A model generated the notes under the pieces. It was not told where the DNA came from and made no database searches. It worked only from the letters and a program-made list of their open reading frames with translations. Positions 1 through 8,764 of a stretch of 64,000 bases of DNA are shown here, piece after piece; position 1 is the stretch's first letter, and the number at the start of each line of letters is the position of its first letter. Origin of the DNA: Arachnia sp. (GTDB lineage: Bacteria > Actinomycetota > Actinomycetes > Propionibacteriales > Propionibacteriaceae); NCBI GenBank assembly GCA_035326505.1, contig DAOLFC010000001.1:5592-69591 (forward strand), given 5' to 3'. A program made the translations under genes and the position numbers.

Positions 1-72
1 GGCTATGAGGACGCTCGCGCGAACATCCAGGAGCAGGTGGACGCCTGGGCCGCCGAGAACAACCTGAAGTAG
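1..72 (+). CDS. 3' end (23 codons + TAG) of a gene starting upstream of the window; product not assignable
   Basis: Open frame from base 1 (GYEDARANIQEQVDAWAAENNLK*), followed by a GC hairpin at 94-132. Confidence 0.3.
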   Translation, partial: GYEDARANIQEQVDAWAAENNLK

Positions 73-93
73 AGCCCGTAGGCTTCCGACGCG

Positions 94-132
94 GGGCTGT
101 GCGGGCCGGCCGAACGCCGACCCGCACAGCCC
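94..132 (+). terminator. GC-rich hairpin after the upstream gene (putative terminator)
   Basis: 12-bp perfect stem gggctgtgcggg / cccgcacagccc with a 15-nt loop; no clear T-run. Confidence 0.4.
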
Positions 133-166
133 TTCACCACATTCCTTCCCTGATCAGGAGCAGAGC

Positions 167-799
167 GTGCGCAACCTCTTCAACGCGGACTCGCCGCTGA
201 TGCGGTTCCTCAACCGGTTCGCCGACTTCATGCTGATCAACCTGCTCTTCATCGCGACGTCGCTGCCGCTGGTCACCCTCGGCGCCTCCCTCTCGGCGCT
301 CAGCGCCACCGCCATCAAACAGGTTAAGGGCGAGGACGAGAGCCTCTTCGCCGACTACCTCGCCTCGTTCAAGAACAACCTCCGCCAGGGCACCGTCATC
401 GGACTGATCTGCGGCTTCCTCGTCCTCGTGCTCGGCGCCTGGTACATCGTCATCGACAACCTCAACATCAACGAGATCTTCCGTCTCCTGCTCTGGATCG
501 CCTTCTCCTTCGTCGCCTTCCGAGTCGGGATCATGCTGCTGTACGTCTTCCCCTATCAGGGGGTGTTCGACGACAACATTCGCACCGTCTTCCGCAACGC
601 TCGGCTCATGTCGCTGCGGCACCTGCCATCGTCGCTGATGATGGCCATCGTCCTGGGTCTCCCGGTCGTGGTCACGGTCTTCTATCCCCAGGTCATCGGC
701 TACGGCCTGCTCTGGCTGCTGGTCGGCTTCTCGGCGATCGCCTACGCCAACGCCACCTTCTTCGTCCGCATCTTCGCGGCCTACGCCCACGACTTTTAG
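167..799 (+). CDS. DUF624/YesL-family integral membrane protein
   Basis: 210 aa; GTG start 6 nt after CAGGAG; N-terminus MRNLFNADSPLMRFLNRFADFMLINLLF and multiple hydrophobic spans as in YesL-type proteins that accompany sugar ABC systems. Confidence 0.7.
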   Translation: MRNLFNADSPLMRFLNRFADFMLINLLFIATSLPLVTLGASLSALSATAIKQVKGEDESLFADYLASFKNNLRQGTVIGLICGFLVLVLGAWYIVIDNLNINEIFRLLLWIAFSFVAFRVGIMLLYVFPYQGVFDDNIRTVFRNARLMSLRHLPSSLMMAIVLGLPVVVTVFYPQVIGYGLLWLLVGFSAIAYANATFFVRIFAAYAHDF

Positions 800-806
800 G
801 CTCCTC

Positions 807-3197
807 ATGCGCTCCCTTCCTGTGCCCACCTGGTCCTTCCTCCTCGGCGACGAGCCGGACGCGGGGAAGAAGAACGTCGACGATGCGCTCTGGCGGAGCG
901 TCACCGTCCCGCACGACTGGAGCGTCGAGCTGCCCTTCTCTCCCGAGTGCTCCAGCGGCACCGGCTATCTCCCCGGCGGGGTCGGCTGGTACCGGGCCCA
1001 CGTCGACCTCGGCGCGTTGGGCTTGGCCGACGGGCAGCGCCTCCGGCTGGTCTTCCGCGGCGCCTACAAGAACACGGATGTGTGGGTCAACGGCTACCAC
1101 CTGGGGGCGCGGCCGTCCGGCTACGCCGAGTTCTCGTTCGACCTCACCGAGATCGTGTCCTATGCGCCCGACGACGACCTGGTGGTCAGCGTCCGCATCG
1201 AGCACACCGACCTCGCCGACTCGCGGTGGTTCAACGGCACCGGCCTGACCCGTCCCGTCGAGCTCGAGATCCACGACGCCGTGGGCCTCGCCGAGTACGG
1301 CACCACCGTCGTCACCCTCGGCGTCGGCGCCTCGGTGGCGACCGTGCGGATCGCCCAGGTGGTGGAGAACCACTTGGCGGAGTCCGCCGTCGTCACGCTC
1401 CGGCAGGAGCTGCGCGCGCTCACCGGCGGCGCGGTGCATGCGTTCTCCCGAGCCGTCGAGGTTCCCGCCGGCGGAACCCGGGAGGTGGTCTTCGACGAGG
1501 ACGTCGCCTCGCCGCTGTTGTGGTCCGACGACCACCCTCACCTCTACCGGCTCACGACGACGCTGGAGTATCCCGGCGGCGAGAGCGAGTACCGGGAGAC
1601 GATCGGCATCCGCACCGTCGCCTTCGATCCCGATCGCGGATTCCTCGTCAACGGCGAGCCGCGGACCCTCAAAGGGGTGTGCCTGCACGAGGACGCCGGC
1701 TGCCTCGGCGTCGCGGTGCCGGAGGAGGTGTGGCTGCGGCGGCTGCTGGCGCTCAAGAAGATCGGCTGCAACGCCGTCCGGATGGCGCACAACCCGCACA
1801 GCCCCGAGCTGTACGCGCTCTGCGACCGGCTGGGCCTCTTCGTGATCGACGAGGCCTTCGACGAGTGGGAGAACCCGAAGAACAAGTGGTGGCAGGGCCA
1901 CAACGTCTACCCGCCGAAGCACGAGGGCTACGCGAAGGACTTCCCCGTCTGGCACGAGTGCGATCTGGTCAACATGGTGCAGGCGCACAAGAACCACCCG
2001 TCGATCGTCGCCTGGAGCATCGGCAACGAGATCGACTACCCGAACGACCCCTACGCCAGCCCGCTGTTCGCGGAAATGACGGGCAACAACGACGCGAACA
2101 AGCCCGCCGCCGAGCGCGTCTACGACCCGCATCGCCCGGACATCCGCCGGCTGACCACCATCGCCAACCGGCTGATCGACATCGTGAAGAGGGCCGACGA
2201 CACCCGTCCCGTCACGCTGGCCGCGGCCTTCCCCGAGCTCTCCAGCCGGACCGGCCTCCTCGACCGGCTGGACCTCATCGGCTACAACTACAAGGAGCAC
2301 CTGTACGAGGAGCACCACGCGCGGTTCCCGGACCAGCCGCTGCTGGGCAGCGAGAACGGCCACGGCTACCGGCAATGGCGCGCCGTCGCCGACAACGACT
2401 TCATCTCCGGGCAGTTCCTCTGGACGGGCATCGACTACCTCGGCGAGGCGCACGGCTGGCCGATCCACGGCTCCGGTTCCGGCCTGCTCACGGTGGCCGG
2501 CTTCCCGAAGCCGCGCGCTCAGCTGCGCCGCAGCTGGTGGACCGACGAGCCGTTCATTCACGTCGTGACCCGGCCCGGTGCCGTCGAGGCCACGGACCGG
2601 AGCTTCTGGCGGCCCGACTCGTCGCGGGTCTGGGAGCCCGGCGAGCCGGTCGAGGTGCTGTGCTTCACCAACGGCGACGAGGTGCGCCTCACCGCCGCGG
2701 GAAAGGACATCCCGGTGGCCTTCGACGAAGAACTCGGATTCTGGAGGGGGAGGGTTACGCCCGGCGCCGAGCCGCTGCTCGCTGAAGCCCGCCGCGGGGG
2801 CGAGGTGGTCCGCGACCGTCTCGATCCGCGCGGCCCGGCCGTCGGGCTGACCGCGGAGGCCTGGGCGCCGCCCGCGCCGTGGGCGCACCTCGTCGCCTCG
2901 CAGGGGGAGCGGGTGCTCCAGGTGGAGGCGCTGCTGTGCGACGCCGGCGGCAACCCCGCCCGCGACGACGCGGTGGTGACGGCCATCGTCGAGAACGGGA
3001 CGCTGCTCGGGTTGGAGAACGGCGACCTCGCCGACAACACCCCCTACGCGTCGCCGTTCCGACGGACGCTGGACGGCCGCCTGATCGTCTACCTCCGCGG
3101 CGACGAGTCCACCAGGCTGCGCCTCGCCACGGAGGGCGGACTCGAGGCCACCGTCGATTTCGCGAACCGCCGAGGTTGCGCCACGCTGGAGCAATAG
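807..3197 (+). CDS. glycoside hydrolase family 2 (beta-galactosidase/beta-glucuronidase-like)
   Basis: 796 aa; GH2 TIM-barrel region NAVRMAHNPHSPELYALCDRLGLFVIDEAFDEWE and WSIGNEIDY. Confidence 0.85.
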   Translation: MRSLPVPTWSFLLGDEPDAGKKNVDDALWRSVTVPHDWSVELPFSPECSSGTGYLPGGVGWYRAHVDLGALGLADGQRLRLVFRGAYKNTDVWVNGYHLGARPSGYAEFSFDLTEIVSYAPDDDLVVSVRIEHTDLADSRWFNGTGLTRPVELEIHDAVGLAEYGTTVVTLGVGASVATVRIAQVVENHLAESAVVTLRQELRALTGGAVHAFSRAVEVPAGGTREVVFDEDVASPLLWSDDHPHLYRLTTTLEYPGGESEYRETIGIRTVAFDPDRGFLVNGEPRTLKGVCLHEDAGCLGVAVPEEVWLRRLLALKKIGCNAVRMAHNPHSPELYALCDRLGLFVIDEAFDEWENPKNKWWQGHNVYPPKHEGYAKDFPVWHECDLVNMVQAHKNHPSIVAWSIGNEIDYPNDPYASPLFAEMTGNNDANKPAAERVYDPHRPDIRRLTTIANRLIDIVKRADDTRPVTLAAAFPELSSRTGLLDRLDLIGYNYKEHLYEEHHARFPDQPLLGSENGHGYRQWRAVADNDFISGQFLWTGIDYLGEAHGWPIHGSGSGLLTVAGFPKPRAQLRRSWWTDEPFIHVVTRPGAVEATDRSFWRPDSSRVWEPGEPVEVLCFTNGDEVRLTAAGKDIPVAFDEELGFWRGRVTPGAEPLLAEARRGGEVVRDRLDPRGPAVGLTAEAWAPPAPWAHLVASQGERVLQVEALLCDAGGNPARDDAVVTAIVENGTLLGLENGDLADNTPYASPFRRTLDGRLIVYLRGDESTRLRLATEGGLEATVDFANRRGCATLEQ

Positions 3198-3229
3198 CGA
3201 GCTCGATTCGCGCAGGAAGGGGAAACGAT

Positions 3230-4237
3230 ATGGTCACGATGCAGGACGTCGCCCGCCACGCGGGGGTGTCCGTGATGACCGTTTCCAACGTCGTCAACGG
3301 CCACCCGCAGGTGCGCGACAGCACGCGGGCGAAGGTCACGGCGTCGATCGCGGAGCTCGGTTACCTGGTCAACACCACCGCGCGGAGCCTCCGCCAGGGC
3401 CGCACCGGGGTGATCGGCCTGGCGCTGCCGGAGATCGACCGGCCCTACTTCGGCATGCTCAGCGCGCTGCTCATCGCGCGGGCGCGGGAACACGACTACG
3501 AGGTGGTGATCGAGCAGACGGGGTCGCGCCGCGAGAGCGAGATGGACGCCATCCTGCACTCGCGCCTGCGCAGCTACGACGGCCTGCTCCTCCACGCGGC
3601 GCAGCTTCAGCAGGAGGACGCCGCGCTGCTGCGCAGCGACTACCCGATCGTCGTGCTCGGGGAACGCTCCTACTCCTCGCCGGTCGACCACGTGGTCATG
3701 GCGAACGAGGAGGGGGGCGCGCTCGTGGCTCGGCACCTGATCGAGCGCGGCTGCCGCAGGCTCGCCATGGTCGGCGGTCGTCTGTCCTCGCCCGTTGATG
3801 TCGACGTGGCCACGGTGCGCACGAAGGGGTTCGTCTCCGCCGTGCGGGAAGCCGGCCTGCCCCTGACGGATGCCCAGGTCGTGGAGACGCCCTATGAGCT
3901 CGCGGAGTGCCGCGAGGCCGTCGGACGCCTGCTGCGGGAGGTGCCGGACGTCGACGGGATCTTCTGCGCCACCGACTGGGTCGCCTTCGGCGTGCTGCGC
4001 GGGCTCGCCGACGCGGGCAGGCGCGTCCCGCAGGACGTGCGGGTGGTGGGCTTCGACGATGTGCCCCAGGCAGCGTTCACCGTGCCCGCGCTGACCTCGG
4101 TCGCGCCCGATCACGAGGCGATGGCGGATGCCGCCTTGTCCCTGCTCGTCGGCCGGATCTCCGGTCGGCGGACGCGGGACGACTACCAGGCTGTCGTCGG
4201 GAAGACGGTGCTGCGCGAGCGCGAGTCGTCGGCCTGA
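3230..4237 (+). CDS. LacI-family transcriptional regulator (paralogue of 15361..16368)
   Basis: 335 aa from ATG 3230 (track ORF from 2879 is read-through); HTH MVTMQDVARHAGVSVMTVSNVVN plus sugar-binding core. Confidence 0.9.
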   Translation: MVTMQDVARHAGVSVMTVSNVVNGHPQVRDSTRAKVTASIAELGYLVNTTARSLRQGRTGVIGLALPEIDRPYFGMLSALLIARAREHDYEVVIEQTGSRRESEMDAILHSRLRSYDGLLLHAAQLQQEDAALLRSDYPIVVLGERSYSSPVDHVVMANEEGGALVARHLIERGCRRLAMVGGRLSSPVDVDVATVRTKGFVSAVREAGLPLTDAQVVETPYELAECREAVGRLLREVPDVDGIFCATDWVAFGVLRGLADAGRRVPQDVRVVGFDDVPQAAFTVPALTSVAPDHEAMADAALSLLVGRISGRRTRDDYQAVVGKTVLRERESSA

Positions 4238-4295
4238 GCGTTCCCAACCCACCCGCCGACTGCCCGTTCGGCAACATCACCGCAAGGAGCACGCA

Positions 4296-4409
4296 ATGAC
4301 GCACACCCCTCGGTTCTCCACGCTCGGTGGCACCGTCCTCCTCGGCGGGTGTCGCGCGGTGGCCGACACCGTCGCGTTGGCGGCCTGGCCGGAGTCCTCC
4401 TCCCGCTGA
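4296..4409 (+). pseudogene. orphan lipoprotein signal peptide ORF (37 aa), possible remnant of a truncated lipoprotein/SBP gene
   Basis: AAGGAG lies a few nt (about 5) upstream of the ATG; MTHTPRFSTLGGTVLLGGC is a signal peptide plus lipobox, but the frame stops 18 codons after the Cys. Confidence 0.25.
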
Positions 4410-4517
4410 GGCTGGTGGACGGCTCGTCGGGTGCGACTGGGCGGTCTGAGTCCGAAAGTTCAGGTCCATGCTGTCCGAAAGATCGAGTTCAACTTGGCCA
4501 AATGTTAGAGTTCGGGT

Positions 4518-5768
4518 ATGTCTGGATACCGTTCGCGGCTTGTGGACCAGGAGCTCAAGCGGAAGATGCGTGCCATCGGGGCCGTCCTCATCGAGGGGCC
4601 CAAGGCGTGTGGGAAGACGGAGACCGCCAAGCAGGTCGCCAAGACCATCTTCGAGTTCGACAAGGACGAAGTCGCTCGTGGACAGGTCGCGTTGGATCCG
4701 GACTCGCTCTTTGTGGGCGAGCCTCCCATCCTCTTCGATGAGTGGCAGGTGGAACCCAGTATCTGGAATCGCGTCCGTCGCCAGGTCGATGACCGCCATT
4801 CACGGGGTGACTTCATCTTGACAGGGTCGGCGCGCCCGAGAGATGACGTTGCCCGTCATTCAGGGGCAGGCCGTATTGGCGTTGTCCAGATGCGGCCCAT
4901 GAGCCTGTTTGAGTCCGGACACTCCGACGGTGCGGTCTCCTTCGCGGCCCTGCTTGAGGGAAAGAGGCAGACGGGCCTCGGGTCACACTTGAGCTTTGAT
5001 GAGCTCCTTCGGCGAATCGTCATCGGTGGCTGGCCAGAGATCATTGACTACGACGAACCGGAGGCACGCGACTGGCTGGCCGGCTACCTCGACCAGGTCG
5101 TCGAGATCGACATTCCGTCGATGGGGCATCGCCGGAATCCGCGAAACCTCCGGCGGCTGTTCACGTCGCTGGCGCGCAACGTCGGACAGCCCGCGAAGCT
5201 CACAGAGCTGGCCAAGGATGTGGGCGGTGAAGCCGGAGCGATTGCTCACGAAACGATCACCGGTTACCTCGACACGGTGCAGCGGCTCCGTCTGACGGAG
5301 AACGCGGCGTCGTGGCGACCTCACATGCGGTCGGCGACACCGTTGCGCACGGCCGAGGTTCGCTACTTTGTCGATCCGTCGCTCGGTCCAGCGGCACTCG
5401 GCGTTGGCAGTGCTGAACTGCGCGCGGATCCGCGGGCCACGGGGTTCCACTTCGAGGCTCTCGTCGTCCGTGACCTGCGGATTTTCGCTCAGCCGCATCG
5501 CGGTGTCGTCGAGTCCTGGCGTGACAAGAATGGCAACGAAGTCGACGCGATCGTCACGATCAATGACAACAAGTGGGCTGCGTTCGAGATCAAGCTCAAC
5601 CCTCGCGATGTGGATGCGGCGGCTGCCGCTCTCCTGCGATTCTCGGCCAATGTGGACACGGGCAGGCACGGAGAGCCTGCGGCGCTGGCGGTGATCACGG
5701 GATCTGGCGTCGCTGGCCGTCGTGAGGATGGCGTCCATGTCATCCCGATCGGATGCCTCGGCCCGTAG
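4518..5768 (+). CDS. AAA-family ATPase with DUF4143-like C-terminal domain (COG1373 type)
   Basis: 416 aa; Walker A GPKACGKT, Walker B-like PILFDEWQ, C-terminal D...E.K pattern (EVDAIVTINDNKWAAFEIK); visibly lower GC than its flanks. Confidence 0.8.
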   Translation: MSGYRSRLVDQELKRKMRAIGAVLIEGPKACGKTETAKQVAKTIFEFDKDEVARGQVALDPDSLFVGEPPILFDEWQVEPSIWNRVRRQVDDRHSRGDFILTGSARPRDDVARHSGAGRIGVVQMRPMSLFESGHSDGAVSFAALLEGKRQTGLGSHLSFDELLRRIVIGGWPEIIDYDEPEARDWLAGYLDQVVEIDIPSMGHRRNPRNLRRLFTSLARNVGQPAKLTELAKDVGGEAGAIAHETITGYLDTVQRLRLTENAASWRPHMRSATPLRTAEVRYFVDPSLGPAALGVGSAELRADPRATGFHFEALVVRDLRIFAQPHRGVVESWRDKNGNEVDAIVTINDNKWAAFEIKLNPRDVDAAAAALLRFSANVDTGRHGEPAALAVITGSGVAGRREDGVHVIPIGCLGP

Positions 5769-5865
5769 GGAAGGTCAACCGTGCCAGTCGGCGGTTGGAG
5801 TCAGGGGCGCGGGGCGGGATCGTCGGGTGCGACTCGTTCTCGGCGAAGCGTTTGTCCCGGGCGAT

Positions 5866-5898
5866 GTCAGGATGCCGCTGGTATGCGTCAGGATGCCG
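5866..5898 (+). promoter_or_regulatory. two 12-bp direct repeats GTCAGGATGCCG (5866-5877, 5887-5898), candidate operator for the HTH of the downstream gene
   Basis: Exact 12/12 repeat, 21 bp start-to-start, about 50-90 bp upstream of the mntA-like start. Confidence 0.35.
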
Positions 5899-5945
5899 GT
5901 TGCGTGCGCCTCGGTCTCGACGGCTCGTGCCTGACCTTATCGACG

Positions 5946-5951
5946 TATAAT
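5946..5951 (+). promoter_or_regulatory. -10 box TATAAT giving a leaderless or near-leaderless transcript for the mntA-like gene
   Basis: Perfect TATAAT ends 6 nt before ATG 5958; no Shine-Dalgarno sequence between. Confidence 0.45.
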
Positions 5952-5957
5952 GCCCGT

Positions 5958-6410
5958 ATGGGTGACGTGCGGGAGATGCGCAGGAGTGCAGGTCTCAGTC
6001 AGAGCGAGTTGGGGCGAAGGACCGGCATCGCGGTGCCGAACCTGTCGGCCTACGAGACGGGTCGTCGACAGCCGTCGGCGGAGACGCTGGCGCGGATCGC
6101 CGACGCCTGTCGGCGGAGGCCCTCGGAGGTGCTGGAGCGGGACCGCGCGCGGATCGTGGCGATCCTGGCCGAGTGCGGCGTCACCGCTTGGGCCTTCGGC
6201 TCCGTGGCGCGCGGTGAGGATCGTTGGGACTCGGACCTCGATCTCCTCGTGGACCTTCCTGACGACTTCGGTTACCTCCGGCTGGCGCGGCTGAAGCGGC
6301 GGCTCGACGAGCTGGGCATCGAGGTCGACCTGGTGCCCCGGGGGGCGCTCGATCCGACGGCGACATCTGGGATCGACCATCGGATCCTGTCCGAGGCGGT
6401 GCCGCTGTGA
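5958..6410 (+). CDS. mntA: HTH(XRE)-fused minimal nucleotidyltransferase, MntA-like antitoxin (type VII TA)
   Basis: 150 aa from ATG 5958; HTH RRSAGLSQSELGRRTGIAVPNLSAYETGRRQPS; NTase motif FGSVARGEDRWDSDLDLLVD. Confidence 0.75.
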   Translation: MGDVREMRRSAGLSQSELGRRTGIAVPNLSAYETGRRQPSAETLARIADACRRRPSEVLERDRARIVAILAECGVTAWAFGSVARGEDRWDSDLDLLVDLPDDFGYLRLARLKRRLDELGIEVDLVPRGALDPTATSGIDHRILSEAVPL

Positions 6411-6778
6411 CGGGAAGGGAGGACCTCGCCGCGCGATACGGGGCGGAGGTCGTCGGTCACCTGGACTTTCTCGTGGCAACGCTGGGCGAGTTGGAGGACA
6501 TCGCCGCGCGCGGCAGGGATGCCTATCTGGGCGACGTCGTGCTGCAGCGCGCCGTCGAGGGGTGCGCGAACAGGATCGGCGACACGATCAAGGCGAAGGT
6601 CCCCGTCGAGCTGCAGGACGAGCTGGGTGGCAGGGAGATGTGGTCGGACTGGGTGGACTGGCGGGTGTTCCTCGTCCACATCTACCACCGGGTCGACCTG
6701 ACCCAGGTCTGGCGGGACCTCGAACGCGACGTGCCCGAGTTCCGCAGGCGCCTGGTCGCCGCGCTGGGTGCGGATTAG
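6407..6778 (+). CDS. hepT: HepT-like HEPN (DUF86) ribonuclease toxin
   Basis: 123 aa; GTG 6407 overlaps the upstream stop (GTGA); Rx4H motif RVFLVH near the C-terminus. Confidence 0.75.
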   Translation: MTGREDLAARYGAEVVGHLDFLVATLGELEDIAARGRDAYLGDVVLQRAVEGCANRIGDTIKAKVPVELQDELGGREMWSDWVDWRVFLVHIYHRVDLTQVWRDLERDVPEFRRRLVAALGAD

Positions 6779-7272
6779 CGCAAGCCGTTCTTGTTGGCCG
6801 TTGGGGCTGGCCGGCGCACGCAGGACGACTATGGGGGAGGTCGTCGGCCGGGTTGCGCTGCGTGAGTGCGAATCCTCAGCGGGATAGCGCCTCGTCATGG
6901 TCGCCTGAAGACGTTGACGAGAGCTGATCGAAGGGGTAAAGTCAACACAAGTTTGTAACGATAAATTACTGAGTGGCCGAATCATCTCGTCAACGGCGAT
7001 AGATGTAACCGGGGCACGGAGCGGGCCGCCGCGGGGCGTTGGGCGGAGGCTCCTTTCCCGGTGGCGTCGCGTCGGTTCGACGAGTTCGGCCCAGAGAGGG
7101 AGCAATGACTTTCGACGCGCTGAATCGCGGCGCGCTGTGGCGCAGCGACGAAGAGACAGTGCCGGCCCCGCTCACCTCCGTCCCCGTCGTCACGCGTACG
7201 CCGGAGGCACTCGCTCTGCTGTCCGACCTCGCCGATACCCTCTGAACCGGATCAACTCCTAGAAGGAACATC

Positions 7273-8739
7273 GTGACCACTATCCGTACCGACGCACATC
7301 GTCACACCCTGGACCGGCGCATCTACGGCCAGTTCGCCGAGCATCTCGGCCGGGGCATCTACGAGGGCCTCTGGGTCGGCCCCGACTCCGAGATTCCCAA
7401 CCGCAACGGCCTGCGCATCGACGCCATCGACGCGCTGCGCGTCCTCAAGGTCCCCGTCGTCCGGTGGCCGGGGGGATGCTTCGCCGACGAATACCACTGG
7501 CTCAAGGGCGTCGGCCAGGACCGTTCCCCCATGGTGAACACGCACTGGGGCGGCGTCGTGGACCCCAACGAGTTCGGCACCCACGAGTTCTTCGAGCTCC
7601 TCGACCAGCTGGGCGCCGAGGCCTACGTCAACGGCAACGTGGGCAGCGGCACCGTGGCGGAGATGCAGGACTGGGTGGAGTACATGACCCTGGAGTCGGG
7701 TTCGGCCATGGCGGATCTGCGCCGTCGCCACGGCCACGAGCAGGCGTGGAAGGTGCCTTTCTTCGGAGTAGGCAACGAGTCCTGGGGCTGTGGCGGCAAC
7801 ATGCAGCCCGGCTACTACGCCGACCTGTATCGCCAGTTCCAGACCTACGTGCGCAACTACGGCGACAACCGGATCACCAAGGTGGCCTGCGGCGCCAACG
7901 CCGACGACTACACCTGGACCGAGGTGGTGATGCGCGAGGCGACGCCGTACATGGACGCGCTGAGCCTGCACTACTACACGCTGCCCACGGGCAAGTGGGC
8001 CGGCAAGGGCGCGGCGCTGGGCTTCGCCGAGGGGGCGTGGGACGAGACCATCCGGCGCACGCGCTACATGGACACCCTGCTGACCCGGCACGGCGAGATC
8101 ATGGACCGCTACGATCCCGCCAAGCGGGTGGGGCTCTACGTCGACGAATGGGGCACCTGGTACGACGTCGAGCAGGGCACGAACCCCGGCTTCCTGTTCC
8201 AGCAGAACACCATGCGCGACGCGATCGTGGCGGCGGTGAACTTCCACATCTTCCACCGCCACGGCGACCGCGTGCGCATGACGAACATCGCGCAGATGGT
8301 CAACGTGCTGCAGGCGATGCTGCTGACCGACGGGCCGAAGCTGATCACCACGCCCACCTATCACGCCTACGCGCTCTACACCGATCATCACGACGCCACC
8401 TTCGTCGACATCGGCGGGATCGACGGCGTCGCGGGTTCCGTGGCGCCGCATGTGGACGCGACCGTGTCGTACAAGGACGGCGCCTACACCATCAGCGTCG
8501 TGCATGAGGGCCTGGACCACGAGGCCGAGCTGTCCTTCGAGCTGCCGCAGGCGATCACCGAGGTGCTGCGCAGTGAGATCCTCACCTCGGCGGCACCCAA
8601 CAGCCACAACACCTTCGACGCGCCCGACGAGGTGGCCGCGGCGCCGTTCGGCGAGGTTCGCGTCGACGGCCGTACCGTCTCGTTCACGCTGCCTCCGCGG
8701 AGCATCGTGACGGTGCGGGTCGGCCAGCCGGCGGACTGA
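7273..8739 (+). CDS. abfA: alpha-L-arabinofuranosidase, GH51
   Basis: 488 aa; GTG after GAAGGA; [48 protein letters not shown]. Confidence 0.9.
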   Translation: MTTIRTDAHRHTLDRRIYGQFAEHLGRGIYEGLWVGPDSEIPNRNGLRIDAIDALRVLKVPVVRWPGGCFADEYHWLKGVGQDRSPMVNTHWGGVVDPNEFGTHEFFELLDQLGAEAYVNGNVGSGTVAEMQDWVEYMTLESGSAMADLRRRHGHEQAWKVPFFGVGNESWGCGGNMQPGYYADLYRQFQTYVRNYGDNRITKVACGANADDYTWTEVVMREATPYMDALSLHYYTLPTGKWAGKGAALGFAEGAWDETIRRTRYMDTLLTRHGEIMDRYDPAKRVGLYVDEWGTWYDVEQGTNPGFLFQQNTMRDAIVAAVNFHIFHRHGDRVRMTNIAQMVNVLQAMLLTDGPKLITTPTYHAYALYTDHHDATFVDIGGIDGVAGSVAPHVDATVSYKDGAYTISVVHEGLDHEAELSFELPQAITEVLRSEILTSAAPNSHNTFDAPDEVAAAPFGEVRVDGRTVSFTLPPRSIVTVRVGQPAD

Positions 8740-8764
8740 TCGTCGCCGTCGCACCGCCAACGCG

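Noticed and set aside
2879-3229. N-terminal extensions and chimeric ORFs in the track (2879..4237, 5781..6410, 12374..14509, 16378..17508, 17768..19681, 29384..31888, 32940..34343, 46229..47827, 49103..51421, 50221..53091, 52874..54991, 57073..58683, 61560..62114, 62430..63719)
   Set aside because: The upstream parts are read-through of neighbouring genes or spacers in a frame lacking stops. The starts were moved to the internal ATG/GTG where the recognisable protein begins, usually with an RBS or an ATGA/GTGA overlap with the preceding gene.
7105-7245. 46-codon ORF (MTFDALNRGALWRSDEETVPAPLTSVPVVTRTPEALALLSDLADTL) with a GAGGGAG RBS upstream of abfA
   Set aside because: Short, with no recognisable motif, and any frame of this length is common in GC-rich spacers. 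Kept as a note only; ribosome profiling or conservation evidence would be needed.
4410-7272. Annotating the lower-GC island as a mobile element (IS, integrative element, prophage remnant)
   Set aside because: There is no transposase, integrase or recombinase ORF, no adjacent tRNA, and no convincing terminal inverted or direct repeats at the edges. It is reported only as a compositionally distinct insertion.
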